From Candidatus Zhuqueibacterota bacterium (GTDB lineage: Bacteria > Zhuqueibacterota > Zhuqueibacteria > Residuimicrobiales > Oceaniaggregativiventaceae), in contig WJMF01000069.1 of assembly GCA_014728085.1 (NCBI GenBank), positions 25,318 to 89,317 on the forward strand: 64,000 nucleotides of DNA. Reading direction: 5' to 3'. A program made the translations under genes and the position numbers. Positions 30,476-40,597 of the stretch are shown one piece after another (position 1 is the first letter of the stretch; each line of letters starts with the position of its first letter). The notes under the pieces were generated by a model. That model ran no database searches. It worked only from the letters and a program-made list of their open reading frames with translations, and was not told the DNA's origin.

Positions 30476-31285
30476 CTACCGCGGAAATTGCGAATCTGAA
30501 ATCGATTCAACACCATTCTCATCTATCCGGATATTCTCGACCCGCCTTAAACTGTCCTCAATGACGAGCTTCCTCCCATCGACTTTCAAATCCAAACCGG
30601 GGACGTTTCCGATTTTCAAATAGTATCTCTGACTTGTCCACTCTCTGCTGTCACCGGGTAAAAACATAACTTCCTCTGATATCGTATCGCCATGAATAAT
30701 TTTCATCCATGTGGATTCTTTTGCAACGACATTCAGGTTTAACATTTTTGCTGGATCTATTTCAGGTGATTGCTGAGCCACCGAATCTGCAACTGCATCG
30801 CTTAAACGCGGTATTTCGATTTCATGCACCTGTTTTGTTTTGGAATCCTCGCTCTGAGGCCAGAGGAGAAAAAGTAAAATAACCACTGCTGCTGCTACCG
30901 TCAGCAGCCAAAAAACGCTTCGATCCAAAACGGTTTTGAGCTTACCAAAAACATCCGTAAAAGAGACGTCCTCCTGCTTGTGGTTAGACTGGGAACCGGC
31001 GGCCCCTTCTTCACTCTCCGGTGCAGCTAATATCTGGGCTTGTTCATATTCCTGAACCAGCTTTTCACCATCCAGTTCCAAAGCTTCTGCAAACGCTCTC
31101 AAAAATGCCTTTACATACAAAGAGGGCAAAAAGTCCAGTTCACCGGATTCCAGTTTTTTCAAAAACGCCTTGGAAATTTTCGTCCGCCGGGAAATTTCTT
31201 CAACCCGAATGGCCCTGGACTTACGTGCCTCCGACAACTCGCTGCCGATTTTTTGATGTATCTCTTCTCTCTTGTTATTGTTCAT
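30476..31285 (-). CDS. RodZ-like protein (HTH + TM + DUF4115-like domain)
   Basis: IG..L..AR, TKI...L..LE.G, Y.KAFLRAFA..L; one TM; C-terminal W..I, KIGN..GL.L.VDG. Confidence 0.85.
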   Translation of the reverse strand: MNNNKREEIHQKIGSELSEARKSRAIRVEEISRRTKISKAFLKKLESGELDFLPSLYVKAFLRAFAEALELDGEKLVQEYEQAQILAAPESEEGAAGSQSNHKQEDVSFTDVFGKLKTVLDRSVFWLLTVAAAVVILLFLLWPQSEDSKTKQVHEIEIPRLSDAVADSVAQQSPEIDPAKMLNLNVVAKESTWMKIIHGDTISEEVMFLPGDSREWTSQRYYLKIGNVPGLDLKVDGRKLVIEDSLRRVENIRIDENGVESISDSQFPR

Positions 31286-31904
31286 GATGATGCTTTAAAT
31301 CGTTCGAAAGGTGAGAGGATGTGAATTCTCTTAATGTTTTATAAAATTTTGCCAATGGAAATCCTACTACATTATAAAAACAGCCTTCTATTCTTCTCAC
31401 AAATACAGCACTCAGATCCTGAATACCATAAGCACCGGCCTTATCCATTGGACTCTTTGTTTCAATGTATCGTTTAATCTCAAAATCTTCCAGTGTCCTG
31501 AAATAGACTTTGGTCATTTCATAGTCACTAATTGCATTCCCGCTCGATGTATCGATCAACGAAAACCCGGTATACACACGGTGAACTTTTCCACTTAATG
31601 CTTTCAACATCGAGTAGGCCTCGTGGCTATTTTGGGGCTTTCCCAAAATCTTGCTGTCGAGAACAACAATGGTATCCGCGCCAATAACAATGCTGTTTTC
31701 TGCGCCGGCAGCAACATCCCTGGCTTTATGTAGCGATAACAAGAGGACATGCTTTTGTGGATCTGATTCTAAAAATTGATCCTCGTCAACACGGCTGGGT
31801 TTTATGGAAAAAGGGAGACCGATCAAAGACAAAAGTTGCGCCCGGCGGGGCGAAGCAGATGCCAAAACAAAAGTATCAGGATGTATTCGGTCGAACAAGC
31901 TCAT
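31275..31904 (-). CDS. maf: Maf family nucleoside triphosphate pyrophosphatase
   Basis: LASASPRR, GADTIV, ILGKP, LSGKVH, DKAGAYGIQ, NVVGFP; start ATG 31904. Confidence 0.93.
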   Translation of the reverse strand: MSLFDRIHPDTFVLASASPRRAQLLSLIGLPFSIKPSRVDEDQFLESDPQKHVLLLSLHKARDVAAGAENSIVIGADTIVVLDSKILGKPQNSHEAYSMLKALSGKVHRVYTGFSLIDTSSGNAISDYEMTKVYFRTLEDFEIKRYIETKSPMDKAGAYGIQDLSAVFVRRIEGCFYNVVGFPLAKFYKTLREFTSSHLSNDLKHHHEQ

Positions 31905-31908
31905 AAAT

Positions 31909-32358
31909 TTAACGCTTTTCCTCACTGTCCAGCATAATCGTAACCGGTCCATTGTTGGAAATCTTTACCAACATATCGGCTCCAAACTTACCGGTCGTCA
32001 GTCGCAAGCCGCTTTCTTTGAGTTTTTCCACAACATAATTATACAACGGTTCAGATATCCCGGGCTTTGCAGCTTTAATAAAGCTCGGCCGCCTGCCTTT
32101 CCGGCAATCTGCATATAAAGTAAATTGAGAAATCACCAAAAGATCCGCCCCGACATCCATCGCAGACAAATTGACCTTTCCGTTGTTATCTTCAAATATA
32201 CGCAAATTGACTATTTTATCAGCTAAATAATCAGCAGCTTTTTTGTCATCACCCTCTTTGATGCCGAGTAAAATCACCAGTCCCTGTTCAATAGCGGCGT
32301 ATTCTTTTCCCTCAATAACCACGGAAGCAGATGAAACTCGCTGTAATAATCCTCTCAT
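31909..32358 (-). CDS. dtd: D-aminoacyl-tRNA deacylase
   Basis: LQRV, LRIF, SQFTL, KGRRPSF, FGADM, NNGPVT. Confidence 0.96.
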   Translation of the reverse strand: MRGLLQRVSSASVVIEGKEYAAIEQGLVILLGIKEGDDKKAADYLADKIVNLRIFEDNNGKVNLSAMDVGADLLVISQFTLYADCRKGRRPSFIKAAKPGISEPLYNYVVEKLKESGLRLTTGKFGADMLVKISNNGPVTIMLDSEEKR

Positions 32359-32374
32359 AATAAACTCTGAAAAA

Positions 32375-33244
32375 TCAACCCATCCAAATCGCCAACAAGC
32401 CTGCCAGCATATCCGCCTTTAAAAGCACGGATAATCTGCCCAGTTCTTGCGTATTCGGCTTTTTCCACAGGACTATTATAGTATAAATAATCACCGTATG
32501 CACTAAAAAGATAACCAGGATCAGATACCACTGACCGTAGATATCGAGAATATAGGGTACTAAAGTGGCTATCAGTAGTACAAGAAAAATCGATATCGCC
32601 AAAATTCTGGAAATCCGAAAACCGTATCTAACGGGAAGGGTACACGCATGAAAGGCTCGATCACCCTTTGCGTCTTCCATATCTTTGATGATTTCTCTGC
32701 CGAAATGCATTAAAAAAGCAAAACATGCCGGGATAATCCCATAAATCGCTTTGCCGACAGCAGCGCTACCATAAACAAATGCCAAACCGGTCATAACGCT
32801 GACCAGCATATTCCCCCACAAAACCGTTCTTTTGAAAAAAGCGCTATAGGCATACAATAAAAATACGGATATTAAAGCCAGCGTTATGGTTGTCGCATTG
32901 ATCAGACAACTGGCTAAAAAACCCAACATAAAGCAAATAATAGCAAACCACCAAATCTGTTGACGCGCTAAAAGTCCGCTCGGAATTGGTCTTTCGGGTT
33001 TATTTATTTTATCAATCTCAAAATCGTAATAATCATTGATGGCGTTTGCCGCTGCAGTTAAAAATGCAGCGGAAAGACAGGCATAAAAAACAGGATTATA
33101 GGATCGTATCGAGCCCGTCATCATCGCTGCAACCAGTACGGAAAAAACCGCAATCAACACATTTACCGGTCGACTGGCCCGGTATAATCCCTTCACCGTT
33201 CTCAATGATTCTCTTTCTCGAATAGAAAAAATTTTTTTATTCAA
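32375..33244 (-). CDS. UbiA prenyltransferase, DGGGP synthase-like
   Basis: RPVN, AINDYYDFEIDKINKPERPIPSG, YS..FK...GN, REIIKDMEDAKGD...TLP; start may be TTG 33205. Confidence 0.82.
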   Translation of the reverse strand: MNKKIFSIRERESLRTVKGLYRASRPVNVLIAVFSVLVAAMMTGSIRSYNPVFYACLSAAFLTAAANAINDYYDFEIDKINKPERPIPSGLLARQQIWWFAIICFMLGFLASCLINATTITLALISVFLLYAYSAFFKRTVLWGNMLVSVMTGLAFVYGSAAVGKAIYGIIPACFAFLMHFGREIIKDMEDAKGDRAFHACTLPVRYGFRISRILAISIFLVLLIATLVPYILDIYGQWYLILVIFLVHTVIIYTIIVLWKKPNTQELGRLSVLLKADMLAGLLAIWMG

Positions 33245-33249
33245 TTTTC

Positions 33250-33278
33250 AATATAATATGGATGTGAGCAAAATGCAA
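33250..33278 (-). promoter_or_regulatory. Putative sigma70 promoter of the ubiA-like/dtd/maf/rodZ/mpl operon
   Basis: TTGCAT-17 nt-TATATT on the minus strand. Confidence 0.5.
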
Positions 33279-33320
33279 GAACTATTCCGCTGCTATTGCC
33301 GCGAGGGAATATAGGACCCT

Positions 33321-36300
33321 TTATTTTACTAAAAGTAGTCGGCGGAGTTTGGAGTATTGATTTGCCTTAAAAACGATAAAGTATATACCACTTGAAACAG
33401 CATTGCCTTCCAGGTCTTCTCCCAACCAGTTAATACAATGTCGACCTGCCGGCAGGGTGTCCTGGATAAGTATATCCACCGTCTGACCCATAATATTGAT
33501 AATCTTTAGCACAACGCTGCTTTTTTCAGGCAACTGAAAATGAATCGATGTTTGACTGTTAAATGGATTGGGATAATTTTGTTCGAGATAATAATTCAAA
33601 GGCTGAATGGTACCGATTTCTTCTATTCCGGCAACAGCTAAATGTTTACCCTCGTTGTCACGCAAATCAATTTGATTGATCTTTATGGGAGAGCTTTCCC
33701 ATTGTTGGAGTTTAAAATCAACACTTAATAATTGGTGGGTTCCCTTTTGCACAGGAGAACGGTTTACCGATAAATTTGCAAAAGAAATATCCAAAAAGCC
33801 GGAGGTTGAAAAATCACTAAAAAATGCGTATTGATCGCTGGAATTGTTTCCTCTGCCGGCATATACTCTTTTTATCGACAGACTGGAGGGAATGTATTGC
33901 AAAACAATATGTCCCATGGAAACATCATTTACCCCATCAACATAAAGAATTGCTGTGTAATGATCTGAACCTTTTTGTATATCCCAGAAACATCGCTTAA
34001 GGGTTGATTTCTGAATGGTATTGTCTTGTTGTTTATTGTGATTGAACCAGTTCCACATTTGGGCAAACACGAACAAATCTTCATAATTGACAAGTTTATC
34101 GGCAACAGTAGCAATCAGAGGAATTTTACCATTCGCCGGCCCAATATCACCTTTTCTGTCATTAGCGGGTTTCCAATAGGTCGAAAAGAGAGCGAAATCC
34201 TGCATGTCTATATCGCCATCTGCATCAAAATCACCTGTCAGATTTTCCAGAGGATAAACTTTCGCTCCGGCGGTGAGAGCAACAATTGTAGAAAGATCCG
34301 TCCGCCACAATTCTGCTGATTGGATATCAAGATTGCACGTATTTTCATTTAGGACCTTAAACTCTATAGAACAAAGATTTCCAAAACCGAACATACCCCT
34401 GGTTGTATCCTCATAAACAATCCTTAGATCGATAACCAACTCGCCTTCACTTATATCAAAATCCAGGTCAGCGGAGACGGTATTGGACTCAAAAAAATCA
34501 CCTTCCGTAACTTGAACAGCGCTTAGCCGGGTTGGATCATAGGTAACTTTAAAGCGACCGGACTTGAAAGCGTTTACCTGATCTACAAAGAGATTGACAA
34601 AAAAAGATTCATTTTTTACCCCGACAACCTCCGCGGGCGATATAGAAACGGAAGGGGATAACAAGCTGAATCGCGTGTTGGTCGAACCGCCTTTTTCTCC
34701 CCGCTCTATCACAACCGAAATATTGCGCACCTTGACTTCGGATTGTTGTGCTTGAAATATAATTCGATGCTGCGACGAAATAATACTCTGAATCAAATCA
34801 AAAGCCGACTTGAAACCGCTTTCAATATCAAAAACCAAGCCACCGGATTTTTCTGATAGAGTGCGATAAGACTCTGTATCCATAGCAATACTGAACAAAT
34901 GCAATCGGTTATCCAAAATGGAATTTGTAACCGAATCAAGAACGGCGCTGGAGGCAACAGAACCGTTCAGGGGAGAATCCGTACATAAAAGAGCAAATCT
35001 TTGTCCATATGTTCGAAAATCGAACGCCTCGATTGTGCTCAGTGCCTTCGGTAGCGATTGAGACGCTGCATTATTCTTATAGGATATCACATCAAACCAA
35101 CCCATCAGTTCGTTTAAATCCGATGTAAAGGAATACGCAAACTCAACCTCCTCGTGATAGGTAATCAGAGCATAACGGGGGATGAATCCTTTTGCTTTCA
35201 GAATATTATCAAGTGTGGATATACTTGTTTGCAATGCTTCTATTTCAGCTTGCATGCTCGAAACGGTATTGAGAATGAATACAATATCCATAAATATATT
35301 ATCGCCCGCCGTAATATTTTCGATACTCTCTATCGGTCGGCTGAGGCCATTTTCTAAAAGCGAAACCTGATCAGCACTTATATTGTCGACAGTTCTGTTG
35401 GACGTCTGATCAAAAACACTAAGATAGCAGGAAACATCCGGAAAATTCCACGATTCAATTTGATGGATATTCACATAATATCCGCTCAGATTGGTTTCGC
35501 TGCTTGCCGGAATGATTTGCAGAATAAGGCCTCCATCACCCACGATCATACCCTTCAGAGGCGAAACAAGGGCAATGTCATTAAGGTCGGATTCGACCCG
35601 GGTATCCACCTTTTCCCAGGTCTTTCCCCCTGTACGGGTCTTAAAAAGAGTACCCTGATCACCGATTGCATAGCCGTTCACAAGATCACTGAATACAACG
35701 GCATTGAGAGGAAGATCCGATACTTTTTTTGAAATCCAGGTTTCTCCACCGTTCGAGGTTTGACATATTTCTCCCTCCGAAGTGACCGCCCAGCCTCTTT
35801 TGCTATCTAAAAAACACAAATCACGAATCGTTGACGTCACTCCGCTGATTTGATCTTGCCAGGACCTACCGGCATCAACCGTTTTCATAATTCGGCCCAA
35901 CGGGCCTGCGACCCAACCTGTCGTATTGTTGATAAAATCCATTGCATAAAAAGCCAACGGATCGTTGCGGTAGCGATGCAACCAGTTGTTTCCGGCATCG
36001 GTGGTCTGTTTAACAATGCCCTTGTCACCTATAGCCCAACCGATGGAATCAGAAACAAACTCGAGTGCGTAAAAAGCATATTCAGATGAACTGAATTTTT
36101 GTTGCCAGGTCTTGCCGCCATCTTTACTTTGTAAAATCATTCCCGAGTTTTGACTGTTTTTACCAACAATCCAGGCATCTGAATGACTTGTAAAATAGAC
36201 ATCATAGAGTTGATGATTGCCGGGTAACGGATTCTGATTCCACAGTGAACCACCATCTTCGGTGGTGGCGAATAAACCTTTGGAGCCTATCACAACGGCT

Positions 36301-39300
36301 TCGAGTGAGTCTTTAAAGAAAATTTTATGTAAATTGTCGCGAATCGACGTCGTTTTTTGGTTTAACTGAAAATTATAGCTCCATACCGGCAGGGTTGCAG
36401 CAGAAGCCTGTGAAGCGGTTGTCGCCCTTGCGTAGCTCCCATCCGTACTATAGGCAAATGCAGCATAATAATATTTCATTTCCGGAGAAAGACCGGCATC
36501 TATAAATCCGGACAGCTTGCCAGTATAGACCACAATACCATCTGAGGTGTTTTTGGGAAAAGATCTCGAATTGCGCAGCACCATAACACCATCAAAGTTC
36601 GGCGAGGATGGATTCTGCCAGCGACAGTAAATCTTATCGGGTGCCGCCGCAGAGGCGATAAATCCTTTGACATTTTCGATAACTCTGCCGTACCGGTAAC
36701 GATCAAAATCATAGCCGCCTTTATCCGCTTTTTGTACGAGAACCTCTACATTCCGGCCTTTATCATCTTCATCGATATTGTGCGTGTTATAGGTACATAC
36801 GTATTGTGATGATATGATCAACCCGATATGATCCACAATCCGAGCAAAATCGCTGTTTATATCGAAATAAAATCCGCCTGTTTGAACGGCCAGTTGATGA
36901 AACTGTTCAAAATTGGGACCAGCAATATCCGCAACAATTCTCTTTTCCTGCAGCAGATCAGTGATGGATTCAGTGGTATGCAGAGTCGTACCATCTCCCG
37001 GATCTCCGGCCTGATGATATTCGGCATCAGTAATAAGAATCATCAATCGCTGGCTGATTCCCCTGAAACTCAATTCGCCGGCTTTTGCCATACCTTCGAG
37101 TGCATTTTCTTTATAATCTCCACCACCGACCGGAGACAGGGTTTCAATCCACTGCTTAAACTGGACAATATCATCGGTAAAATCAAAAGTGCGTTCAACT
37201 TTATCGCTAAAAGAAATCAAAGCCAGACGGTAATCAATTCCTTTGGCAGCCAGGGAATCTGCAAAACTGGAAGCTCTGTTTTTCAAATCCTCAATTTCTT
37301 GCGTCATGCTTGCTGTCACATCAAAGACGAATACGATATCAGCCTTTCCGCCGGAACTGGTATTGATCTGCTCAAAAGCTTCAGGAGCTTCTTCGACGCC
37401 ATCTTCCTTGACCAGAATATCGCCCATTTCGATATCTGAAACCGGCTGAAGTGTTTTATCATCCACAATCGTAATAAAGTTAACAATCGTGGGAAAGCGG
37501 CTGATATCGATGCTGTTTATGGTAACCTTGTAACCCTCTACATCCACATCATCCAGTGTTGTCGCGTAACAAAAGGCCCCGTTTTGCAATTCGGAAAAGC
37601 GGTTATAGTGATCGAAAGCAAAAGCTGAATAGTAATAAGTAGTTGCCGGATCGACATCATAATCGATAAAATTTTCACCGGTACCCCGGTAAACCTCTGC
37701 GCCATCATAAGGATGAGAAGGGAATATATCCTTTCTTCGAAGGATTTTACAACCTGAAAATTCTGGCTGTGCAGGATTATCCCATGTCAGCTCAATAGCA
37801 TCTGAGCCTCTGGTTTCACAAACCAAGTTTTGAATGCTATTCGGTTGCTCCTCAGATAAATCCAGTTTGATAATCGTGCCCCGATCACCTACCGCCCAGC
37901 CGCAGACCTGATTGATAATCACAATATCGTTTAGGTCTTCCGTGGTTCCGCTGTTGTCTATCCCCCAGGATTGACCGCCATTGCTCGTGCGCAGAATAAC
38001 ACCATTTGATCCGGCAATAAATCCCAGATTGGGATTGATGAAATCAATCGAGTTTAAGGGATCATCCCCATATCTGGTTAATTCTTCCCATTTTTCACCC
38101 CCGTTTTTCGAATGCAAAATCACCCCGCGACTGGTTACGATAAAGCCGGTATTGGAATTAACAAAATAAACATCCAGCAAATCCGGACGCTCGCCACCAA
38201 TGTTTTTTGAAATCCAGTCTTCTCCGCCATTGTTTGTAAACAAGACCGTATTATGTTCTCCAACGACCCATCCGGTATCGGCATTGAGAAAAAATAAATT
38301 GAACAAATCCTCGCTCGTGCCACTATTCAGACTCTGCCACTCTATTCCGCCGTTTACCGTCTTTTCGATTTTGCCGGATGCTCCGACCAGATAACCGACT
38401 TTTGAATCCAGCATGAAACATTCCCGAATAGCTCCCGGCGATGGGCTGGGAAAACGCATCCAGTTATAGCCGCCATTTTTCGTACTCAACAGTAAAGCAT
38501 TCCCCTTGTCGTCATAGCCACCAATCCACCCCAGCGAATGATCGCGAAAGAGTATATCATGAAAATGGAACGTCTCATTTTCCGGAATAACATCCCAGCC
38601 GGCTCCACCATTGGTTGTGGCCAATATTTTACCGTTTTCACTAACCGCCCAGGCAGTCAGACTGTCGACAGCGCTAATCGCAGTCAGGTCTGTGAGAAAA
38701 CCGGATTTTTGCTGACGCCAAATGGTGGGATATTGTACTTCCGGTTGAACGACAATATAATCAGATCTCGTTTTGTAAAAATAGTTGTCTTTGCTTTTTA
38801 TCCGCAGTTGAACGCTATAACTACCGGCAGTTGTATATTCAAAAGCCGGAAAGCGGTCATAAGAATCAATTTTCCCGTCTCCATCAAAATCCCAGGCCCA
38901 CTCTGCAATAGCAGAGAGCGAATTGTTGGAAGATAGAGCAACAATCTTTGGCTTTCTAAGCGATCTGACCTCTGCATCGGGACGATCGACTTGAATGACA
39001 TTAACAGATTCGATTTTCACGCTATCAAGAGAAAACACTACATCCCCTATATACCAATAATCTCCGTCCCCGTTGACCGGTACGTTGATCGTGTTCATCA
39101 AGCCGTTTCGATCATAAATATCCAAATAGGCACCTGACTCGCTTAGTGCCGGATATTTGGAATAGTTTTCAACATATAATCGATAACGATTCAGTTGAGG
39201 TTGATAAAGCGTAATAATTTCCGGACCAAAGCCCCGGTTAAAATCCTGATTACATATCGCCCAGGGCGGCCCTGTATTTTGGCCTTGTTGTTGTGAAGAA

Positions 39301-40562
39301 ATATCATATATTCTGCCGGACAATTCAGGCGTCAACAAATGCAAATCGAGATCACCCGGGCTCTGCCCCCAATGCAGTTCGAAACGATACTGGTTCTCTT
39401 TTAATAGAGGAGATAGTAATATATTAAATATATTCGGTTTATTTCGCTCCAGCCGGACTTTGGTTTGTATAGACGCGTAACCCGGTGCTATAATCGAAAT
39501 AAGCTGCGAACTCTGCAAGCTGTTGTCATATAATTGAACCTGTAAAGGCGCATGACCCTTTCTGGGAACAGCATAAAAATCCGGAACCACCTCAAGCAAA
39601 TCGATATTCCTGATCCTGTACCCTCCGGTGTCATCTGTGGTTGTGGTTAAATCGCCAATAGATACCCTGGCGTTATCAATCACATTTCCCGATTCGGCGT
39701 CCATTACACGTCCCATGATCAGGGGAAAATCATTCTTGCCCTCCCCCAGTGTTACGGTAACAGCTGTATAGCGACCGGGTGAAGATTTCGCTTCCGCCCG
39801 TATAACCGGTTTACAACCGACAGTGGGCGAATATCCGGACGTTGCATTAAACTTTTGCCTCCATTCCCCACGAGTCAAAATGATTCTATCCGGCACGTTC
39901 AAACAGGACGGCGCCGAAGAGGTAAGAAAAATGGTGTCGTTCACTGCCGTATCTCCAGGGACGCATTCAAACCCTATACCGGTATAGAACGATGCCATAG
40001 TCGAGTCCGGAATCAGGCGTAGCTCAGGTCGCTTTTCTGCCGAAAATCTCAATGCAAAACGCTCGATATCCAGATCGGTTCTGGCATAAAATTCCAGCCG
40101 TGAGCCGATCCACTGACGCAGATCTCCGTACCAGTATTCCCTGGAAGGAAGCAGTGAAAATTCTGTTCTGGGCTCCCCTGAGCAGAAAGCGCGCAAAAAT
40201 GGTCCTCCGTCTCTACCCCCAACCGGGAACCATTGCATAACACTTTCTTGCGTATTCCAGCGTTCATAGCCATTGTTAAAAGTATGTAAAGAGATCGAGT
40301 CGGTTTTACCCACCAGCTTGAAATCATCCACATCAAAACGGATGGCCGAGGCGGAATAATTGATTTCAAACCACACGCTCTTTACATCACTAAAAATCTC
40401 AAAAAACTTGCTGCTATCCTGCGGATTGAATGCATCGGGGATTATCGGGATGGATACTTTTGTCCATTGATTTTGGTCGGTTATTGATGATATATTTCTC
40501 TCAACAATTTGAGGAAATGCAACGGAATATAATATTGATATATAGAAAAAAATCTTTTTCAT
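33321..40562 (-). CDS. 2413-aa secreted multidomain T9SS cargo (laminin-B-like, CarboxypepD-reg, YfaP-like, PKD, 2x BNR/YCF48 propeller, 2x FN3-like, 2x vWA, cohesin-like, dockerin-like, CTD)
   Basis: Signal peptide; many T.(D/N)GG..W Asp-box repeats; DIVFVFDVTASM vWA; WDFDGDG PKD; GDFDADGDIDMQDF Ca-loop; QNYPNPFN...SSGIYF CTD. Confidence 0.88.
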   Translation of the reverse strand: MKKIFFYISILYSVAFPQIVERNISSITDQNQWTKVSIPIIPDAFNPQDSSKFFEIFSDVKSVWFEINYSASAIRFDVDDFKLVGKTDSISLHTFNNGYERWNTQESVMQWFPVGGRDGGPFLRAFCSGEPRTEFSLLPSREYWYGDLRQWIGSRLEFYARTDLDIERFALRFSAEKRPELRLIPDSTMASFYTGIGFECVPGDTAVNDTIFLTSSAPSCLNVPDRIILTRGEWRQKFNATSGYSPTVGCKPVIRAEAKSSPGRYTAVTVTLGEGKNDFPLIMGRVMDAESGNVIDNARVSIGDLTTTTDDTGGYRIRNIDLLEVVPDFYAVPRKGHAPLQVQLYDNSLQSSQLISIIAPGYASIQTKVRLERNKPNIFNILLSPLLKENQYRFELHWGQSPGDLDLHLLTPELSGRIYDISSQQQGQNTGPPWAICNQDFNRGFGPEIITLYQPQLNRYRLYVENYSKYPALSESGAYLDIYDRNGLMNTINVPVNGDGDYWYIGDVVFSLDSVKIESVNVIQVDRPDAEVRSLRKPKIVALSSNNSLSAIAEWAWDFDGDGKIDSYDRFPAFEYTTAGSYSVQLRIKSKDNYFYKTRSDYIVVQPEVQYPTIWRQQKSGFLTDLTAISAVDSLTAWAVSENGKILATTNGGAGWDVIPENETFHFHDILFRDHSLGWIGGYDDKGNALLLSTKNGGYNWMRFPSPSPGAIRECFMLDSKVGYLVGASGKIEKTVNGGIEWQSLNSGTSEDLFNLFFLNADTGWVVGEHNTVLFTNNGGEDWISKNIGGERPDLLDVYFVNSNTGFIVTSRGVILHSKNGGEKWEELTRYGDDPLNSIDFINPNLGFIAGSNGVILRTSNGGQSWGIDNSGTTEDLNDIVIINQVCGWAVGDRGTIIKLDLSEEQPNSIQNLVCETRGSDAIELTWDNPAQPEFSGCKILRRKDIFPSHPYDGAEVYRGTGENFIDYDVDPATTYYYSAFAFDHYNRFSELQNGAFCYATTLDDVDVEGYKVTINSIDISRFPTIVNFITIVDDKTLQPVSDIEMGDILVKEDGVEEAPEAFEQINTSSGGKADIVFVFDVTASMTQEIEDLKNRASSFADSLAAKGIDYRLALISFSDKVERTFDFTDDIVQFKQWIETLSPVGGGDYKENALEGMAKAGELSFRGISQRLMILITDAEYHQAGDPGDGTTLHTTESITDLLQEKRIVADIAGPNFEQFHQLAVQTGGFYFDINSDFARIVDHIGLIISSQYVCTYNTHNIDEDDKGRNVEVLVQKADKGGYDFDRYRYGRVIENVKGFIASAAAPDKIYCRWQNPSSPNFDGVMVLRNSRSFPKNTSDGIVVYTGKLSGFIDAGLSPEMKYYYAAFAYSTDGSYARATTASQASAATLPVWSYNFQLNQKTTSIRDNLHKIFFKDSLEAVVIGSKGLFATTEDGGSLWNQNPLPGNHQLYDVYFTSHSDAWIVGKNSQNSGMILQSKDGGKTWQQKFSSSEYAFYALEFVSDSIGWAIGDKGIVKQTTDAGNNWLHRYRNDPLAFYAMDFINNTTGWVAGPLGRIMKTVDAGRSWQDQISGVTSTIRDLCFLDSKRGWAVTSEGEICQTSNGGETWISKKVSDLPLNAVVFSDLVNGYAIGDQGTLFKTRTGGKTWEKVDTRVESDLNDIALVSPLKGMIVGDGGLILQIIPASSETNLSGYYVNIHQIESWNFPDVSCYLSVFDQTSNRTVDNISADQVSLLENGLSRPIESIENITAGDNIFMDIVFILNTVSSMQAEIEALQTSISTLDNILKAKGFIPRYALITYHEEVEFAYSFTSDLNELMGWFDVISYKNNAASQSLPKALSTIEAFDFRTYGQRFALLCTDSPLNGSVASSAVLDSVTNSILDNRLHLFSIAMDTESYRTLSEKSGGLVFDIESGFKSAFDLIQSIISSQHRIIFQAQQSEVKVRNISVVIERGEKGGSTNTRFSLLSPSVSISPAEVVGVKNESFFVNLFVDQVNAFKSGRFKVTYDPTRLSAVQVTEGDFFESNTVSADLDFDISEGELVIDLRIVYEDTTRGMFGFGNLCSIEFKVLNENTCNLDIQSAELWRTDLSTIVALTAGAKVYPLENLTGDFDADGDIDMQDFALFSTYWKPANDRKGDIGPANGKIPLIATVADKLVNYEDLFVFAQMWNWFNHNKQQDNTIQKSTLKRCFWDIQKGSDHYTAILYVDGVNDVSMGHIVLQYIPSSLSIKRVYAGRGNNSSDQYAFFSDFSTSGFLDISFANLSVNRSPVQKGTHQLLSVDFKLQQWESSPIKINQIDLRDNEGKHLAVAGIEEIGTIQPLNYYLEQNYPNPFNSQTSIHFQLPEKSSVVLKIINIMGQTVDILIQDTLPAGRHCINWLGEDLEGNAVSSGIYFIVFKANQYSKLRRLLLVK

Positions 40563-40597
40563 AAAATTGCTCCCGGGCGATATCTCATCGTCTATAT

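Noticed and set aside
36828-37439. 203-aa plus-strand ORF and the many other short antisense or alternate-frame ORFs in the track
   Set aside because: Shadow ORFs over well-supported genes, with no recognisable motifs.
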